From an uncultured Eubacteriales bacterium (GTDB lineage: Bacteria; Bacillota; Clostridia; Oscillospirales; CAG-272): a stretch of 64,000 bases of DNA. Position numbers and translations under genes: made by a program. Shown one piece after another: positions 1 to 8,894 of this stretch. How positions within the stretch are numbered: the stretch's first letter is position 1; each line of letters begins with the position of its first letter. Under the pieces are notes generated by a model. The model was not told the origin of the DNA. It searched no databases and worked only from the letters and a program-made list of their open reading frames with translations. The stretch spans positions 1,298-65,297 of the forward strand of contig CAKSQF010000002.1 in assembly GCA_934486825.1 (NCBI GenBank), read 5' to 3'.

Positions 1-417
1 TATTGTATTCTTCAGCCCCTTGATGATCCGAAGGCGACCATATATCTTCCCACCGACAGCGACAGAATCGAAAAAAACGTAAAAAGAGTGATAACCGCAG
101 AGGAAATCGACAGGCTTATAGGATCGATTCCGACAGAGGATATCAAGTGGATTGATGATAATAAACGAAGGTCGGAGCTGTTCAAAAGAATACTTGATGA
201 CGGCGACAGACTGAATCTGGTCAGACTGATAAAGTCAATACATATACACAGGGATGAGATCGAGAAAAACGGCAAAAAGCTCGGAGTTGCCGATAAAAAT
301 GTGCTTGAGCGCGCCGAAAGAATCATTTATGATGAATTTGCAATGGTACTCGGGATTGATTCGGATGATGTCGGTCAGTTTATAAAAGACCGGGTTGCCG
401 GTAAGGCATGTGTATAA
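1..417 (+). CDS. CarD family transcriptional regulator, C-terminal part (the 5' end lies upstream of the window)
   Basis: Frame 1 is open from base 1 to the TAA at 415-417. The translation ...ITAEEIDRLIGSIPTEDIKWIDDNKRRSELFKRILDDGD..LVRLIKSI fits the helical C-terminal half of CarD/CdnL-type proteins. Confidence 0.6.
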   Translation, partial: YCILQPLDDPKATIYLPTDSDRIEKNVKRVITAEEIDRLIGSIPTEDIKWIDDNKRRSELFKRILDDGDRLNLVRLIKSIHIHRDEIEKNGKKLGVADKNVLERAERIIYDEFAMVLGIDSDDVGQFIKDRVAGKACV

Positions 418-543
418 GATATCCGCATCCGCAGAGCCGCCGTTTGCACCGTTTTTAATGTGCAGACCGACCTTGGTGTTGATGCGGTGTTCCGAAAAAA
501 ATACGGGTGTACCCCTTCCGAGTGGAGAAAACGTCACGGAAAA

Positions 544-570
544 ACAAAAAATCCCCGATGAAACGGGGAT
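544..570 (-). terminator. Rho-independent terminator (second of a tandem pair downstream of the 706-2307 gene)
   Basis: Hairpin ATCCCCG-atgaaa-CGGGGAT. A plus-strand A-run precedes it, which gives a U-run on the minus strand. Confidence 0.5.
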
Positions 571-634
571 CGGAACCAAATGACCTCTATATTAACGTCA
601 GCGTGTCTCCGAATGTAATGCAACATTGTATGAA

Positions 635-677
635 AACAGCGTTTCCGCCGTTTAAAACGGCGGAAACGCTGTTTGTT
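635..677. terminator. Rho-independent terminator
   Basis: 16-bp perfect stem AACAGCGTTTCCGCCG/CGGCGGAAACGCTGTT flanked by A/T runs, 30 nt past the stop of the minus-strand lipoprotein gene. Confidence 0.75.
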
Positions 678-705
678 TTCCCCGGCGGACCGGGAAAATT
701 ATGAT

Positions 706-2307
706 TTATTCGATAACAACATAGTCGGTCAGCTTTTTCATAAGCTTTTCGGCTCTGAACTGAAGTTTAAAATAATCCTTTCCGAACTGACGCTCAAGCT
801 GATCGGCAGAGTATATCTTATAGGAGTAAATGTAGGTGTATATGTTCTGATTGAAGGTCTGCTGGAGCTTTTCTTTGTACTCCTTGTTGGTGATCTTTAT
901 GTCATAGATCTTGCAGAGATACTCTATAACCATGCGCTGCTTGACCGATTCGTTTGCACTGTTTGCGGCGCTGTTGTGTATCTCCTGATATTTTTCCTTG
1001 CTTATCTTCTCGTTAAGCTCTTTCTGAGAGAAATCGGAGGGATTCTTGTTGCCGAGAGCGGCGTAAACGAGCTGATCAACATAGGATTTGTATGCCTTCT
1101 TGCGCTCTGCAGAGGGGTACTTGTTTACGACAGTCGCATCCGAGATCGCGTCAAACGCCTTGTTCTGCGCGATGATGTTCCATGAATATTCCTTGAATTC
1201 GTCAATGGTCTTGTACTGCTTTTTTGTGTATTCGGAAACGAGCTTGTCGTTCCATTCGGGAAGATGTGTTATCTCGCTGACAGTGAACTTTACTTCAATT
1301 TCTCTCTCGTAGTAATCCTTGTATTTTTCGTCGGCATCCTTGGGAACGGTAATCTTGACCGTAATCTCGGTGTTCAGCTCTTTTCCTTTGAACTGTTCGA
1401 CATAGTCGGCTGTTTTGAGAAAATCAAAGAATTTGGCATCCTTGTCCGGGTCGGTGAAATCATATGTGAAGCTGCCTGTCTTGAAAAGATCGGCAAATGC
1501 GGTCTTATCATCGTCGAGAGACGGCTTATCACTGCCCTTGTCCTGAGAATCGCCGCTTTCGGAGGATGCGGAAGCCTTGGTGTCTCCCTCGTCCTTTGTG
1601 TCGCCGTTGTCATCGGTCTTCTCTTCATCCTTCTTGTCGGGATCGATGAAATCGTAGACGATCTTTATCGTTGTGTCATCATTTACGTATGCGCGCGAAA
1701 TGCTGTTGATCGTGACTTCGAAAACGGCAACGACATCGCGGAGTGATTCGGTCTGGTAATCGGACGGGAAGGTTACCTTTACGCTTACCTTGTCGCCCGC
1801 CTTTTTGCCGATAAGCTGATCTTCAAAGCCGTCGGTATTCTTGGACGGGTCGTCCTTGTGCTCATATGCGGCGATAAATGTTTTCGATCCGATGACAAGG
1901 TCATAACCGGAAGCAAGTTCGGCGTCGGGATCGCTTTCCTTCAGCTTGTCGTTCGCTTCTTTCTCGGTCTCAACAGTGTACTTCATACCGTTCAGAACAT
2001 CGTCCGAAAGCTTTACCGAGGAGTCGAGAGGCTTGCCTTCGTAATAAATATTTACCTGATCGCCTTTTTTCACAAGCTCATCCTTGTCGGTAAGCTTTGT
2101 GTATTCGGTCTTGCGGTATTTTTCAAGGATTTCCTTGACCTGATCGTCGTAATCCTTGTCGATGTCCGAACTTTTTATGGTGACCGTTCCTTTCCCGGGA
2201 ACCGTGATGTATTTCTCCGGGGAATTGTATGCGCTGCATCCGACGAGGGACGAAGCGGCAACAATTACTGATGCCGCAAGAGCTATCGCTCTGATGGACT
2301 TTTTCAT
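706..2307 (-). CDS. Lipoprotein with trigger-factor-like architecture (FKBP-type PPIase-like plus C-terminal chaperone-like domain)
   Basis: Signal peptide and lipobox MKKSIRAIALAASVIVAASSLVGC. GDQVNIYYEGK.. and GDKVSVKVTFPSDY...AVFEVTINSI resemble the trigger factor PPIase domain. There is an acidic low-complexity linker. AAAGGAG lies upstream of the ATG. Confidence 0.6.
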   Translation of the reverse strand: MKKSIRAIALAASVIVAASSLVGCSAYNSPEKYITVPGKGTVTIKSSDIDKDYDDQVKEILEKYRKTEYTKLTDKDELVKKGDQVNIYYEGKPLDSSVKLSDDVLNGMKYTVETEKEANDKLKESDPDAELASGYDLVIGSKTFIAAYEHKDDPSKNTDGFEDQLIGKKAGDKVSVKVTFPSDYQTESLRDVVAVFEVTINSISRAYVNDDTTIKIVYDFIDPDKKDEEKTDDNGDTKDEGDTKASASSESGDSQDKGSDKPSLDDDKTAFADLFKTGSFTYDFTDPDKDAKFFDFLKTADYVEQFKGKELNTEITVKITVPKDADEKYKDYYEREIEVKFTVSEITHLPEWNDKLVSEYTKKQYKTIDEFKEYSWNIIAQNKAFDAISDATVVNKYPSAERKKAYKSYVDQLVYAALGNKNPSDFSQKELNEKISKEKYQEIHNSAANSANESVKQRMVIEYLCKIYDIKITNKEYKEKLQQTFNQNIYTYIYSYKIYSADQLERQFGKDYFKLQFRAEKLMKKLTDYVVIE

Positions 2308-2456
2308 TTTGGGACTTTCTCCTTTATTTTGATATTTGTAACAGTATTAAAAATGCAGATCGACAAACAGTCGCTCTCTACTTTATAGCACATTTCACAG
2401 AAAAATGGAAGAGGTAATCCGAAAAGTTAACCGTTTGTACACAATTATACAGACCG

Positions 2457-3464
2457 TTAACCGTCGGCGTTTTCATATTTGTCTATCATGACCTCCTTGA
2501 TTTTCGGCCATGCGGCATATGCCGCCATGAACGAACAGAGGGAGATCGTTATGATGAACGGAAGTATGATGCCTATCGGAATGTAGACCATGGCAATCAC
2601 AACGTTGAGGAAAACGGTAAACCCGATCCCGAGAAGGGCGACTATGTTGCGCTTGAAGCCGAGAATTGCGAATATAAGCGCATTTTTCAGAAGCTTTTTC
2701 AGCGAAAGATCAAAGGTTATCATCATGAGATAAATGTAAAATCTCATTACAAAGTATATGATCGCCACAAATATGCTCAGACAGAAGAAAACGCTGAACA
2801 TTCCCGAAATGTTCCCGGATGTGTAATTGTAGTTGATGTAGAAGAAATAAATGTCGTATGCAATGAGAAAAAGGAATCCGAGATCAAGCATGCCGAAGAG
2901 CAGACCCTGCTTTTTGTTGCGGCTTATGGCATATTTGAAATCGGTCCAGAGGAAGATCGGCTCTCCTTTTACAATGTTGCGGAGAATGTAGCTTGTCCCG
3001 ACATTTACCGGACCGAAGGTGAAGGCGAGCAGCAGTATTCCGCCGAAAAGCGCGATGTATGCGGCAGGCGTCCAGATCGAAACGCGTGCGGAACTGCCGT
3101 ATAAGCCGAAAAGCGCTACATTTGCGGGCGTCACCGCCGAAAAACGCATCGCACCGTATATCGGAGCAAAGAGCGGGTCGGACGGGGCGCTCATGCGAAG
3201 ATGCAGATTTTCACTGAAAACGAGCATTATAAGCAGAATCGGGAAATTTCCGATCACCGTCATGAGATTGAGATAGAACAGATTTGACAGATGATCGAAT
3301 GTCATCCTGAAAAAGAAGAGAAAATCACGTTTGTGATTCGGATCGTAAACCAGATCCTCCTGTTTTTTTCTTTCCCTTTCGTAGAGCATGTTGAATATGT
3401 TGAATTTCTTCTTTTTCGGCTTGCTTTCGAGCGAGTCGAAATCGGGCTTGTCATTCCTTTTCAA
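2457..3464 (-). CDS. Multi-pass membrane protein, YesL/DUF624-like
   Basis: 335-aa ORF with a TTG start 7 nt after GGGGAGGAA. About 6 hydrophobic helices; the N-terminal region LSNLFYLNLMTVIGNFPILL resembles DUF624. Confidence 0.45.
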   Translation of the reverse strand: MKRNDKPDFDSLESKPKKKKFNIFNMLYERERKKQEDLVYDPNHKRDFLFFFRMTFDHLSNLFYLNLMTVIGNFPILLIMLVFSENLHLRMSAPSDPLFAPIYGAMRFSAVTPANVALFGLYGSSARVSIWTPAAYIALFGGILLLAFTFGPVNVGTSYILRNIVKGEPIFLWTDFKYAISRNKKQGLLFGMLDLGFLFLIAYDIYFFYINYNYTSGNISGMFSVFFCLSIFVAIIYFVMRFYIYLMMITFDLSLKKLLKNALIFAILGFKRNIVALLGIGFTVFLNVVIAMVYIPIGIILPFIITISLCSFMAAYAAWPKIKEVMIDKYENADG

Positions 3465-3488
3465 TAAATGTTCCTCCCCAAGGATTTT

Positions 3489-4022
3489 CTACATTACAAA
3501 TGTCAGAAGATTGAAAACAAAGGTCATAATCAGTATAATTCCCGCAAAAAAGAAAACGCAGGATGCGTAATTTGCGACATCTGTCCTGTCGGTACTTCCG
3601 GCTTTTGAAAAAGATATTGCCGCTCTTGCCGATGAGACGAGTGCGATAACCGATGCGACCGAAAGAGCGGTGTGCATGAAGTAAAGCGGCATCGGAGCCG
3701 ATGCGTAAAGTATCAGAGCCGACGAATAACCCGCAAGCAGACTGCGGCAAAAAACGATCGCCGCACAGATATATGACGGAGTTTTCGTAAAGCCGCATAA
3801 AAATACGGCTGTAAAGAAAAATGTCTGCCGGATGACCACATGGGCAAATTTTACGGCAGAACCGTCGGATGCGAAAACGGAGCAGAGATTTTTTTCGGGA
3901 ATGATCCCGCAACCGCCCGAAATGCAGAGCAGTATTATACCGACCGTGTACCCGACCGAAACGGCGAGAGCCGGCAGAAGATCGGATTTTTCGTATCTGC
4001 GGCAGAAGCGTCCTTTTTTCAT
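3489..4022 (-). CDS. Hypothetical integral membrane protein (possibly SpoIIM-like, not verified)
   Basis: 177-aa ORF with 4-5 hydrophobic segments, ending 24 nt upstream of the YesL-like gene on the same strand. Confidence 0.4.
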   Translation of the reverse strand: MKKGRFCRRYEKSDLLPALAVSVGYTVGIILLCISGGCGIIPEKNLCSVFASDGSAVKFAHVVIRQTFFFTAVFLCGFTKTPSYICAAIVFCRSLLAGYSSALILYASAPMPLYFMHTALSVASVIALVSSARAAISFSKAGSTDRTDVANYASCVFFFAGIILIMTFVFNLLTFVM

Positions 4023-4150
4023 AATAAAATCACCACAGGTATTTTATGATGCCCGGTCGGCGAAAATGTCGGTTTGCCGCCGCAGTGCTTTCATTTTACT
4101 ATACATCGCAAAAAAAATCAATCTTTTTCAATAAAAATTCATATTTTTTA

Positions 4151-4179
4151 TTGAAAAAAGACAAACGTGAATGTATAAT
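4151..4179 (+). promoter_or_regulatory. Sigma-A-type promoter for the GNAT gene
   Basis: TTGAAA-17 nt-TATAAT. An AT-rich inverted repeat with 13-bp arms (4125-4137 / 4145-4157) overlaps the -35 hexamer. Confidence 0.5.
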
Positions 4180-4217
4180 AAAGAGGATGTAAAAAAATCG
4201 GATGTTCGAGGCATGTT

Positions 4218-4835
4218 ATGAATCATAGAGACATTTTGCGCATTTTCCGTGTGCCGCCCACGCTGGAATCCGAACGGCTTGTTCTGAGAATGATGGATGT
4301 GAAGGACAGCGGGGATATGTTTGACTATTCCGCGCGTGAGGATGTAACCCGTTATCTGCTCTGGTCGCCTCACCCGGATATTTCGTATACAAGGGATTAT
4401 ATAAAGAGCGTTCGCCGTCAATACAGACGCGGAGATTTCTTCGATTGGTCGATTGTGCTGAAATCCAACGTGCGTATGATAGGAACCGTCGGTTATACCC
4501 GCATAGATACCCCGAATAACTGCGGGGAGATCGGATATGTCCTGAATCCGAAATATCAGAATATGGGTTACGCGACCGAAGCGGCATCTCTTGTCGTGGA
4601 GTTCGGCTTTGTAACGCTCGGTCTGAACCGTATTGAGGCAAAATACATGAGTGAAAATACGGCAAGCAGAAGGGTAATGGAAAAGGTCGGAATGTCGTTT
4701 GAAGGAACCATGAAGGAGCGGCTTTTGGTCAAGGGCAGATACAGGGATATTTCCTGCTGTGCGATAACCAGAAAAGAATATGACGAAAAGAAAGAACGGG
4801 AAAATCGGGACAATGGCGGAAATTGTAAAGTATAA
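4218..4835 (+). CDS. GNAT family N-acetyltransferase (RimJ/RimL-like)
   Basis: LESERLVLRMM...GYVLNPKYQNMGYATEAASLVVEFGF..LGLNRIEAKYMSENTASRRVMEKVGMSFEG is a typical Acetyltransf_3 pattern. Confidence 0.8.
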   Translation: MNHRDILRIFRVPPTLESERLVLRMMDVKDSGDMFDYSAREDVTRYLLWSPHPDISYTRDYIKSVRRQYRRGDFFDWSIVLKSNVRMIGTVGYTRIDTPNNCGEIGYVLNPKYQNMGYATEAASLVVEFGFVTLGLNRIEAKYMSENTASRRVMEKVGMSFEGTMKERLLVKGRYRDISCCAITRKEYDEKKERENRDNGGNCKV

Positions 4836-4922
4836 TTGAATTTTTTCAAAAACTATTGCATTTTCCGGATGTGTACTTTATAATAATACGTAAAAACAAA
4901 ACGGTACGAGAGGAAACTGTGT

Positions 4923-5354
4923 ATGAATTTCTTTTATATTTTGGCGGATGGCGGTAATCAGGGCGGCAGCGGTCTGACGCTGATCCTTATGACCGTGGCA
5001 CTTCTCGGTGCAATGTACTTTTTCATGATCCGCCCTCAGCGCAAGCAGGAAAAAGAGGTCAACGCAATGCGTAACAATCTTCAGGTCGGCGATGAGATTA
5101 CAACAATAGGCGGTATAATCGGGAAGGTTGTCAGCATAAAGGACGAGACCTGCATGATAGAAAGCGGCAGAGACCGCGTGAGAATCCGTGTGCTGAAGTC
5201 CGCAATAAAGAGTGTCGATGTTCCGGCGGCTGTTGCGAACGGACTTGTTGCCGAGCCGACGAAGGAAGAACCCAAGAAGACGGACGAAGTCGCACAGAAC
5301 GCAGATGATAAGCCCGAAGAAAAAAAGAAAAAGGGATTTTTCAAAAAGAAATAA
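4923..5354 (+). CDS. yajC: Preprotein translocase subunit YajC
   Basis: One N-terminal TM helix followed by FFMIRPQRKQEKEVNAMRNNLQVGDEITTIGGIIGKVVSI, plus a Lys/Glu-rich tail. Confidence 0.85.
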   Translation: MNFFYILADGGNQGGSGLTLILMTVALLGAMYFFMIRPQRKQEKEVNAMRNNLQVGDEITTIGGIIGKVVSIKDETCMIESGRDRVRIRVLKSAIKSVDVPAAVANGLVAEPTKEEPKKTDEVAQNADDKPEEKKKKGFFKKK

Positions 5355-5385
5355 CCATGTGCTGCGGAGAGTGTTCCGCGCAACC

Positions 5386-5430
5386 GGATCCCGCCGTGTG
5401 CCTGTGTCATGCGGCGGATTCTTTTTGCTT
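5386..5430 (+). terminator. Probable terminator after yajC
   Basis: GGATCCCGCCG...CGGCGGATTC stem (one bulge) followed by TTTTTGCTTTG. Confidence 0.5.
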
Positions 5431-5503
5431 TGCCCGAAAAAGTAATAAAAAATCACCCGTCATCATATTCTTTACCGAAAACAAAATGACGGGTGGTATT
5501 TTT

Positions 5504-5944
5504 ATGCATTGGTCGATTCTGAAAAAAGCGTTTCCGACAGCCGTTCTTGCACATGTCGGAGCTGTCGCTGTTGTCTTTGCCGAAACCTTTATTGCCGATA
5601 AAAGTCCGGATCCTGACAGGATAGCGATTGTCTTCGGCATTGCGGCGCTCGCGTGCGGATCACTGACATGCGGCTTTCTGTCGTTTGCCGCGTCCGCCGG
5701 AGCGGGAGATGCATTACTCGCATCGCTTATGTACAATATTCCGCTTGCCGTGCTGTCGTTTGCGATCGGCGGCGAGCACGCCGAAATGTCAGTGCCGGTA
5801 CGTATGGCGGCTTTTTTTGCCTCGGCGGGACTTGCGTTTGTTCTCCCCATGCTGCTTCCGAAAAAAACGACGGGCGGCAGAAAGCGTAACGCCCGCAGAA
5901 TAGCAAGAAGCTATTCGGGCGGACGTAACTACCATTCTATCTGA
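5504..5944 (+). CDS. Hypothetical membrane protein (possibly YrzE/TIGR04086-like, as often found after yajC)
   Basis: I trimmed the ORF to the ATG at 5504 (alternative 5486) because the upstream part of the tracked ORF covers the yajC terminator. It has 4 hydrophobic helices and a basic tail. Confidence 0.45.
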   Translation: MHWSILKKAFPTAVLAHVGAVAVVFAETFIADKSPDPDRIAIVFGIAALACGSLTCGFLSFAASAGAGDALLASLMYNIPLAVLSFAIGGEHAEMSVPVRMAAFFASAGLAFVLPMLLPKKTTGGRKRNARRIARSYSGGRNYHSI

Positions 5945-6471
5945 GGAAGTGTGCCTATTGCGGTGATCGGCGGGACGGTGACTGTCTGTGCGGTTGTCGT
6001 CGTTGTTGTGATTACCGGCGGTACCGTTGTAACCGATGTGCGGGGAGCTGTCACTGTGATCGGGGAGGTGTCGGACGAAGCATCGGATGTCATTATTGTC
6101 GTAACCGGCACTCTGACCGATGTCGTAACCGGAGGAGCAGTACGCGGCTTTGTTGTGGTTCTTACCTGTGCGGATGCGGTAGTGGTGGCAGAGACTGCGG
6201 GAGTTGTGCTCGGAGCAGACGAGGTGGTGACTGATGACTGCGGCAACTCTGCGGTAGTCTGACCCACAGCAGATGATGTTGATGATGTCGTCGATGTTGC
6301 CGCAGGTGTCGTCGATGCCACCGTCGATGCCACCGTCGATGCCGACGCCGGGATCGTCTGTACGGACGTCCCGTCGGTAGTCTGCGGCTCGCTATGACAA
6401 GCCGAAAGTATGAATACGGCGGCTGTAAACAGAACGGTTATAACTGCCGATATCGTAAATGTTTTTTTCAT
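5929..6471 (-). CDS. Thr/Ser/Pro-rich (mucin-like) lipoprotein
   Basis: MKKTFTISAVITVLFTAAVFILSAC lipobox. The remainder is about 60% T/S/P/A/V low complexity. Its 3' end overlaps the convergent 5504-5944 gene by 16 nt. Confidence 0.55.
   Translation of the reverse strand: MKKTFTISAVITVLFTAAVFILSACHSEPQTTDGTSVQTIPASASTVASTVASTTPAATSTTSSTSSAVGQTTAELPQSSVTTSSAPSTTPAVSATTTASAQVRTTTKPRTAPPVTTSVRVPVTTIMTSDASSDTSPITVTAPRTSVTTVPPVITTTTTTAQTVTVPPITAIGTLPQIEW
6311..6346. repeat. 12-bp tandem repeat x3 inside the T/S-rich lipoprotein gene
   Basis: gtcgatgccacc gtcgatgccacc gtcgatgccgac, encoding the reiterated ..STVASTVAST.. stretch. Confidence 0.9.
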
Positions 6472-6566
6472 TTTATCCTATCCTTGTGAAAATCGGTATC
6501 CTTCACGGATATTCTATCATTTAATCGGTTCTGTGTCAAGAGGTTTGGCTTATTTCCGGAAAACTC

Positions 6567-6595
6567 TTTACATGACGGTATAAATGTGTTAAAAT
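6567..6595 (+). promoter_or_regulatory. Sigma-A-type promoter (extended -10)
   Basis: TTTACA-17 nt-(TGt)TAAAAT, about 35 nt upstream of the small ORF at 6631. Confidence 0.5.
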
Positions 6596-6630
6596 AGATG
6601 CAGACTTGTATCGGGGAAAGGGGTGCCGTC

Positions 6631-6720
6631 ATGAGTTTCTGGCGCGGATTCTGGTTCGGGTTTCTGATAATGATCGGTCTTCTGGCGATAGCTGTCATCT
6701 GCATGTTCGTTTTTTTCTGA
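6631..6720 (+). CDS. Putative 29-aa hydrophobic micro-protein
   Basis: GGGGAAAGGGG lies 7 nt before the ATG. The product is MSFWRGFWFGFLIMIGLLAIAVICMFVFF. It sits between a promoter and rsuA and is below the length cut-off of the ORF track. Confidence 0.35.
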   Translation: MSFWRGFWFGFLIMIGLLAIAVICMFVFF

Positions 6721-6774
6721 GCAGGTATATATCCCGATACGGACAACCCGATACCGGATAAGGAGAAAATAAAA

Positions 6775-7476
6775 ATGAGAATTGACCGCTTTATCGGTCA
6801 GATGACTGCCATGTCGCGGTCGGAGGCATCGCTTGCCGTCAGAAAGGGACGGGTTGCCGTGGACGGTGTTGTATTGCGTGATCCGTCTGCGCATATCGAT
6901 CCCGAACGGCAGTCGGTGACTATTGACGGAAAAGAAACATCCTATAAAAAGAACGTATACATAATGATGAATAAGCCGGTCGGTGCGGTCTGTGCGACCG
7001 AGGACGGCGACCTCACGGTTATCGATCTGCTTCCGCCGGGGCTTAAAAGGACAGGTCTGTTTCCGTGCGGCAGACTTGATAAGAATACGACAGGCTTCGT
7101 GCTGATAACCGATAACGGGAAGCTTGCGCACAGATTGCTTGCGCCTGCCTCACATGTTGCGAAAACCTATCGCTTTTCGCTGAAGTTTCCTTTTTCGGAC
7201 GAGGATATCGCATTGCTTGAAAAGGGGATTGTGCTTGAAGACGGAAGTGTGACTCTTCCGTGCGGTCTGAAAAGGTTGTCATCAAATGAGGGCGAGATAA
7301 CACTGCATGAGGGAAAGTTTCATCAGATCAAAAGGATGTTTCTTGCGGTGCACAATCAGGTCCGTACTCTGTCCCGCATTTCGTTTGCGGGGATACCGCT
7401 CGACAAGGAACTCGCTCCCGGCAAGTGTCGGCTTTTGTCGGAGGATGAAGCCGCACTGCTTGAGAGTTATCTGTGA
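6775..7476 (+). CDS. rsuA: 16S rRNA pseudouridine synthase, RsuA/RluB family
   Basis: N-terminal S4 domain (RIDRFIGQ...SRSEASLAVRKGRVAVDG), then YIMMNKPVG...GRLDKNTTGFVLITDNG. Confidence 0.8.
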   Translation: MRIDRFIGQMTAMSRSEASLAVRKGRVAVDGVVLRDPSAHIDPERQSVTIDGKETSYKKNVYIMMNKPVGAVCATEDGDLTVIDLLPPGLKRTGLFPCGRLDKNTTGFVLITDNGKLAHRLLAPASHVAKTYRFSLKFPFSDEDIALLEKGIVLEDGSVTLPCGLKRLSSNEGEITLHEGKFHQIKRMFLAVHNQVRTLSRISFAGIPLDKELAPGKCRLLSEDEAALLESYL

Positions 7477-7693
7477 TGCAGCAGGCGAAAATTCTAATAT
7501 ATTAGAATAACAAAAAACAGAAAAGTTGCATAAAGAGAAAAAACCATTGTATATTGTCGATAATGCACAAAAAAAAATATGAATTTTTGGTAGGTAGGCA
7601 CCTATAAATGTTCACAATTATCTGTTAAAATATGATACAGGTAATCGGATAAGGATTCGTATTTAAAGATTTAAAATATTCAGGAGGCTGTTA

Positions 7694-8836
7694 ATGGCAA
7701 GTTTATCGTTTAAACACATTTATAAAAAATATCCCGGCGGAGTTACCGCCGTGTCCGACTTCTGCCTTGAAGTAAAGGATAAGGAGTTCATTATTTTCGT
7801 CGGACCTTCGGGATGCGGCAAGTCAACAACTCTGCGTATGATCGCCGGTCTTGAAGAGATCACCGAGGGCGAGCTCTTTATCGGCGATAAGCTGGTCAAT
7901 GATATTGCGCCCAAGGACCGCGATATAGCGATGGTGTTCCAGAACTATGCGCTTTATCCTCACATGACCGTATTTGACAACATGGCGTTCGGTCTTAAAC
8001 TCCGCAAGGTGCCGAAGGAAGAGATAAAGAGAAAGGTTGAGCAGGCTGCAAAGATACTTGATATCACTCACCTTCTTGACCGCCGTCCGAAGCAGCTTTC
8101 GGGTGGTCAGAAGCAGCGTGTTGCGCTCGGTCGTGCGATCGTGCGTAATCCTAAGGTATTCCTCCTTGACGAGCCGCTTTCAAACCTTGATGCAAAGCTT
8201 CGTGCAACGATGAGAACCGAACTTACAAAGATACATAAGAGACTGGGAACCACATTCATTTACGTTACGCACGACCAGGTCGAGGCTATGACCATGGCAT
8301 CCCGTATCGTTGTAATGAAGGACGGTCTTATCCAGCAGGTCGATACTCCTCAGAATCTGTACGATTTCCCCTGCAACCTCTTCGTTGCCGGATTTATCGG
8401 AACTCCTCAGATGAACTTCATTGACGCAAAGCTGATTCAGAAGAACGGCGATGTCATGATTCATTGGGGTGTTGAGGAGCAGAAGGACAGACCCGCTGTT
8501 ATCTGCGAGATCAAGCTTCCCGCCGAAAAGGCAAACGATCCCGCACTCAAGGATTATATCGGCAAGGAAGTTATCGTAGGTGTGCGTCCCGAATGTCTGC
8601 ATGACGGAGCATCCTATGTTGAGGCATCGCCCGAGACGGTAGTCAATGCAAACATTGATGTTACCGAGCTTATGGGTAATGAGATATACCTCTACATGAA
8701 CGCCGGCGAGCAGAATCTTATCGCGCGCGTTCCTCCGCAGTCGAAGACAAGAAGCGGCGATCAGATCAAGGTCTGCATCGACACATCGAGAGTCCATATT
8801 TTTGATAAGGATACCGAAAAGTGCATCATTCACTGA
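7694..8836 (+). CDS. Sugar ABC transporter ATP-binding protein, MsmK/MsmX/UgpC/MalK family (stand-alone)
   Basis: Walker A GPSGCGKST, Q-loop, signature LSGGQKQR, Walker B FLLDEPLSNLD and a C-terminal TOBE-like regulatory domain. No permease or binding-protein gene lies adjacent. Confidence 0.85.
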   Translation: MASLSFKHIYKKYPGGVTAVSDFCLEVKDKEFIIFVGPSGCGKSTTLRMIAGLEEITEGELFIGDKLVNDIAPKDRDIAMVFQNYALYPHMTVFDNMAFGLKLRKVPKEEIKRKVEQAAKILDITHLLDRRPKQLSGGQKQRVALGRAIVRNPKVFLLDEPLSNLDAKLRATMRTELTKIHKRLGTTFIYVTHDQVEAMTMASRIVVMKDGLIQQVDTPQNLYDFPCNLFVAGFIGTPQMNFIDAKLIQKNGDVMIHWGVEEQKDRPAVICEIKLPAEKANDPALKDYIGKEVIVGVRPECLHDGASYVEASPETVVNANIDVTELMGNEIYLYMNAGEQNLIARVPPQSKTRSGDQIKVCIDTSRVHIFDKDTEKCIIH

Positions 8837-8848
8837 TGTGATAAAAGT

Positions 8849-8889
8849 GACCCCCGAAAGCGATCTGCTTTCGGGGGTCTTGCTTTTTG
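8849..8889. terminator. Bidirectional terminator between the ABC ATPase gene and malQ
   Basis: 13-bp stem GACCCCCGAAAGC/GCTTTCGGGGGTC followed by TTGCTTTTT. Confidence 0.8.
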
Positions 8890-8894
8890 TACGG

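Noticed and set aside
235-579. 114-aa minus-strand ORF overlapping the CarD 3' end
   Set aside because: It overlaps CarD by about 180 nt and contains a terminator hairpin within its first codons. The TTG start has a poorly spaced SD. I did not recognise a family.
7491-7508. 18-bp perfect AT palindrome ATTCTAATATATTAGAAT just after rsuA
   Set aside because: It is purely AT-rich, has no loop and no flanking U-run. It is likely a weak terminator or a chance palindrome in AT-rich spacer, with too little support to call a site.
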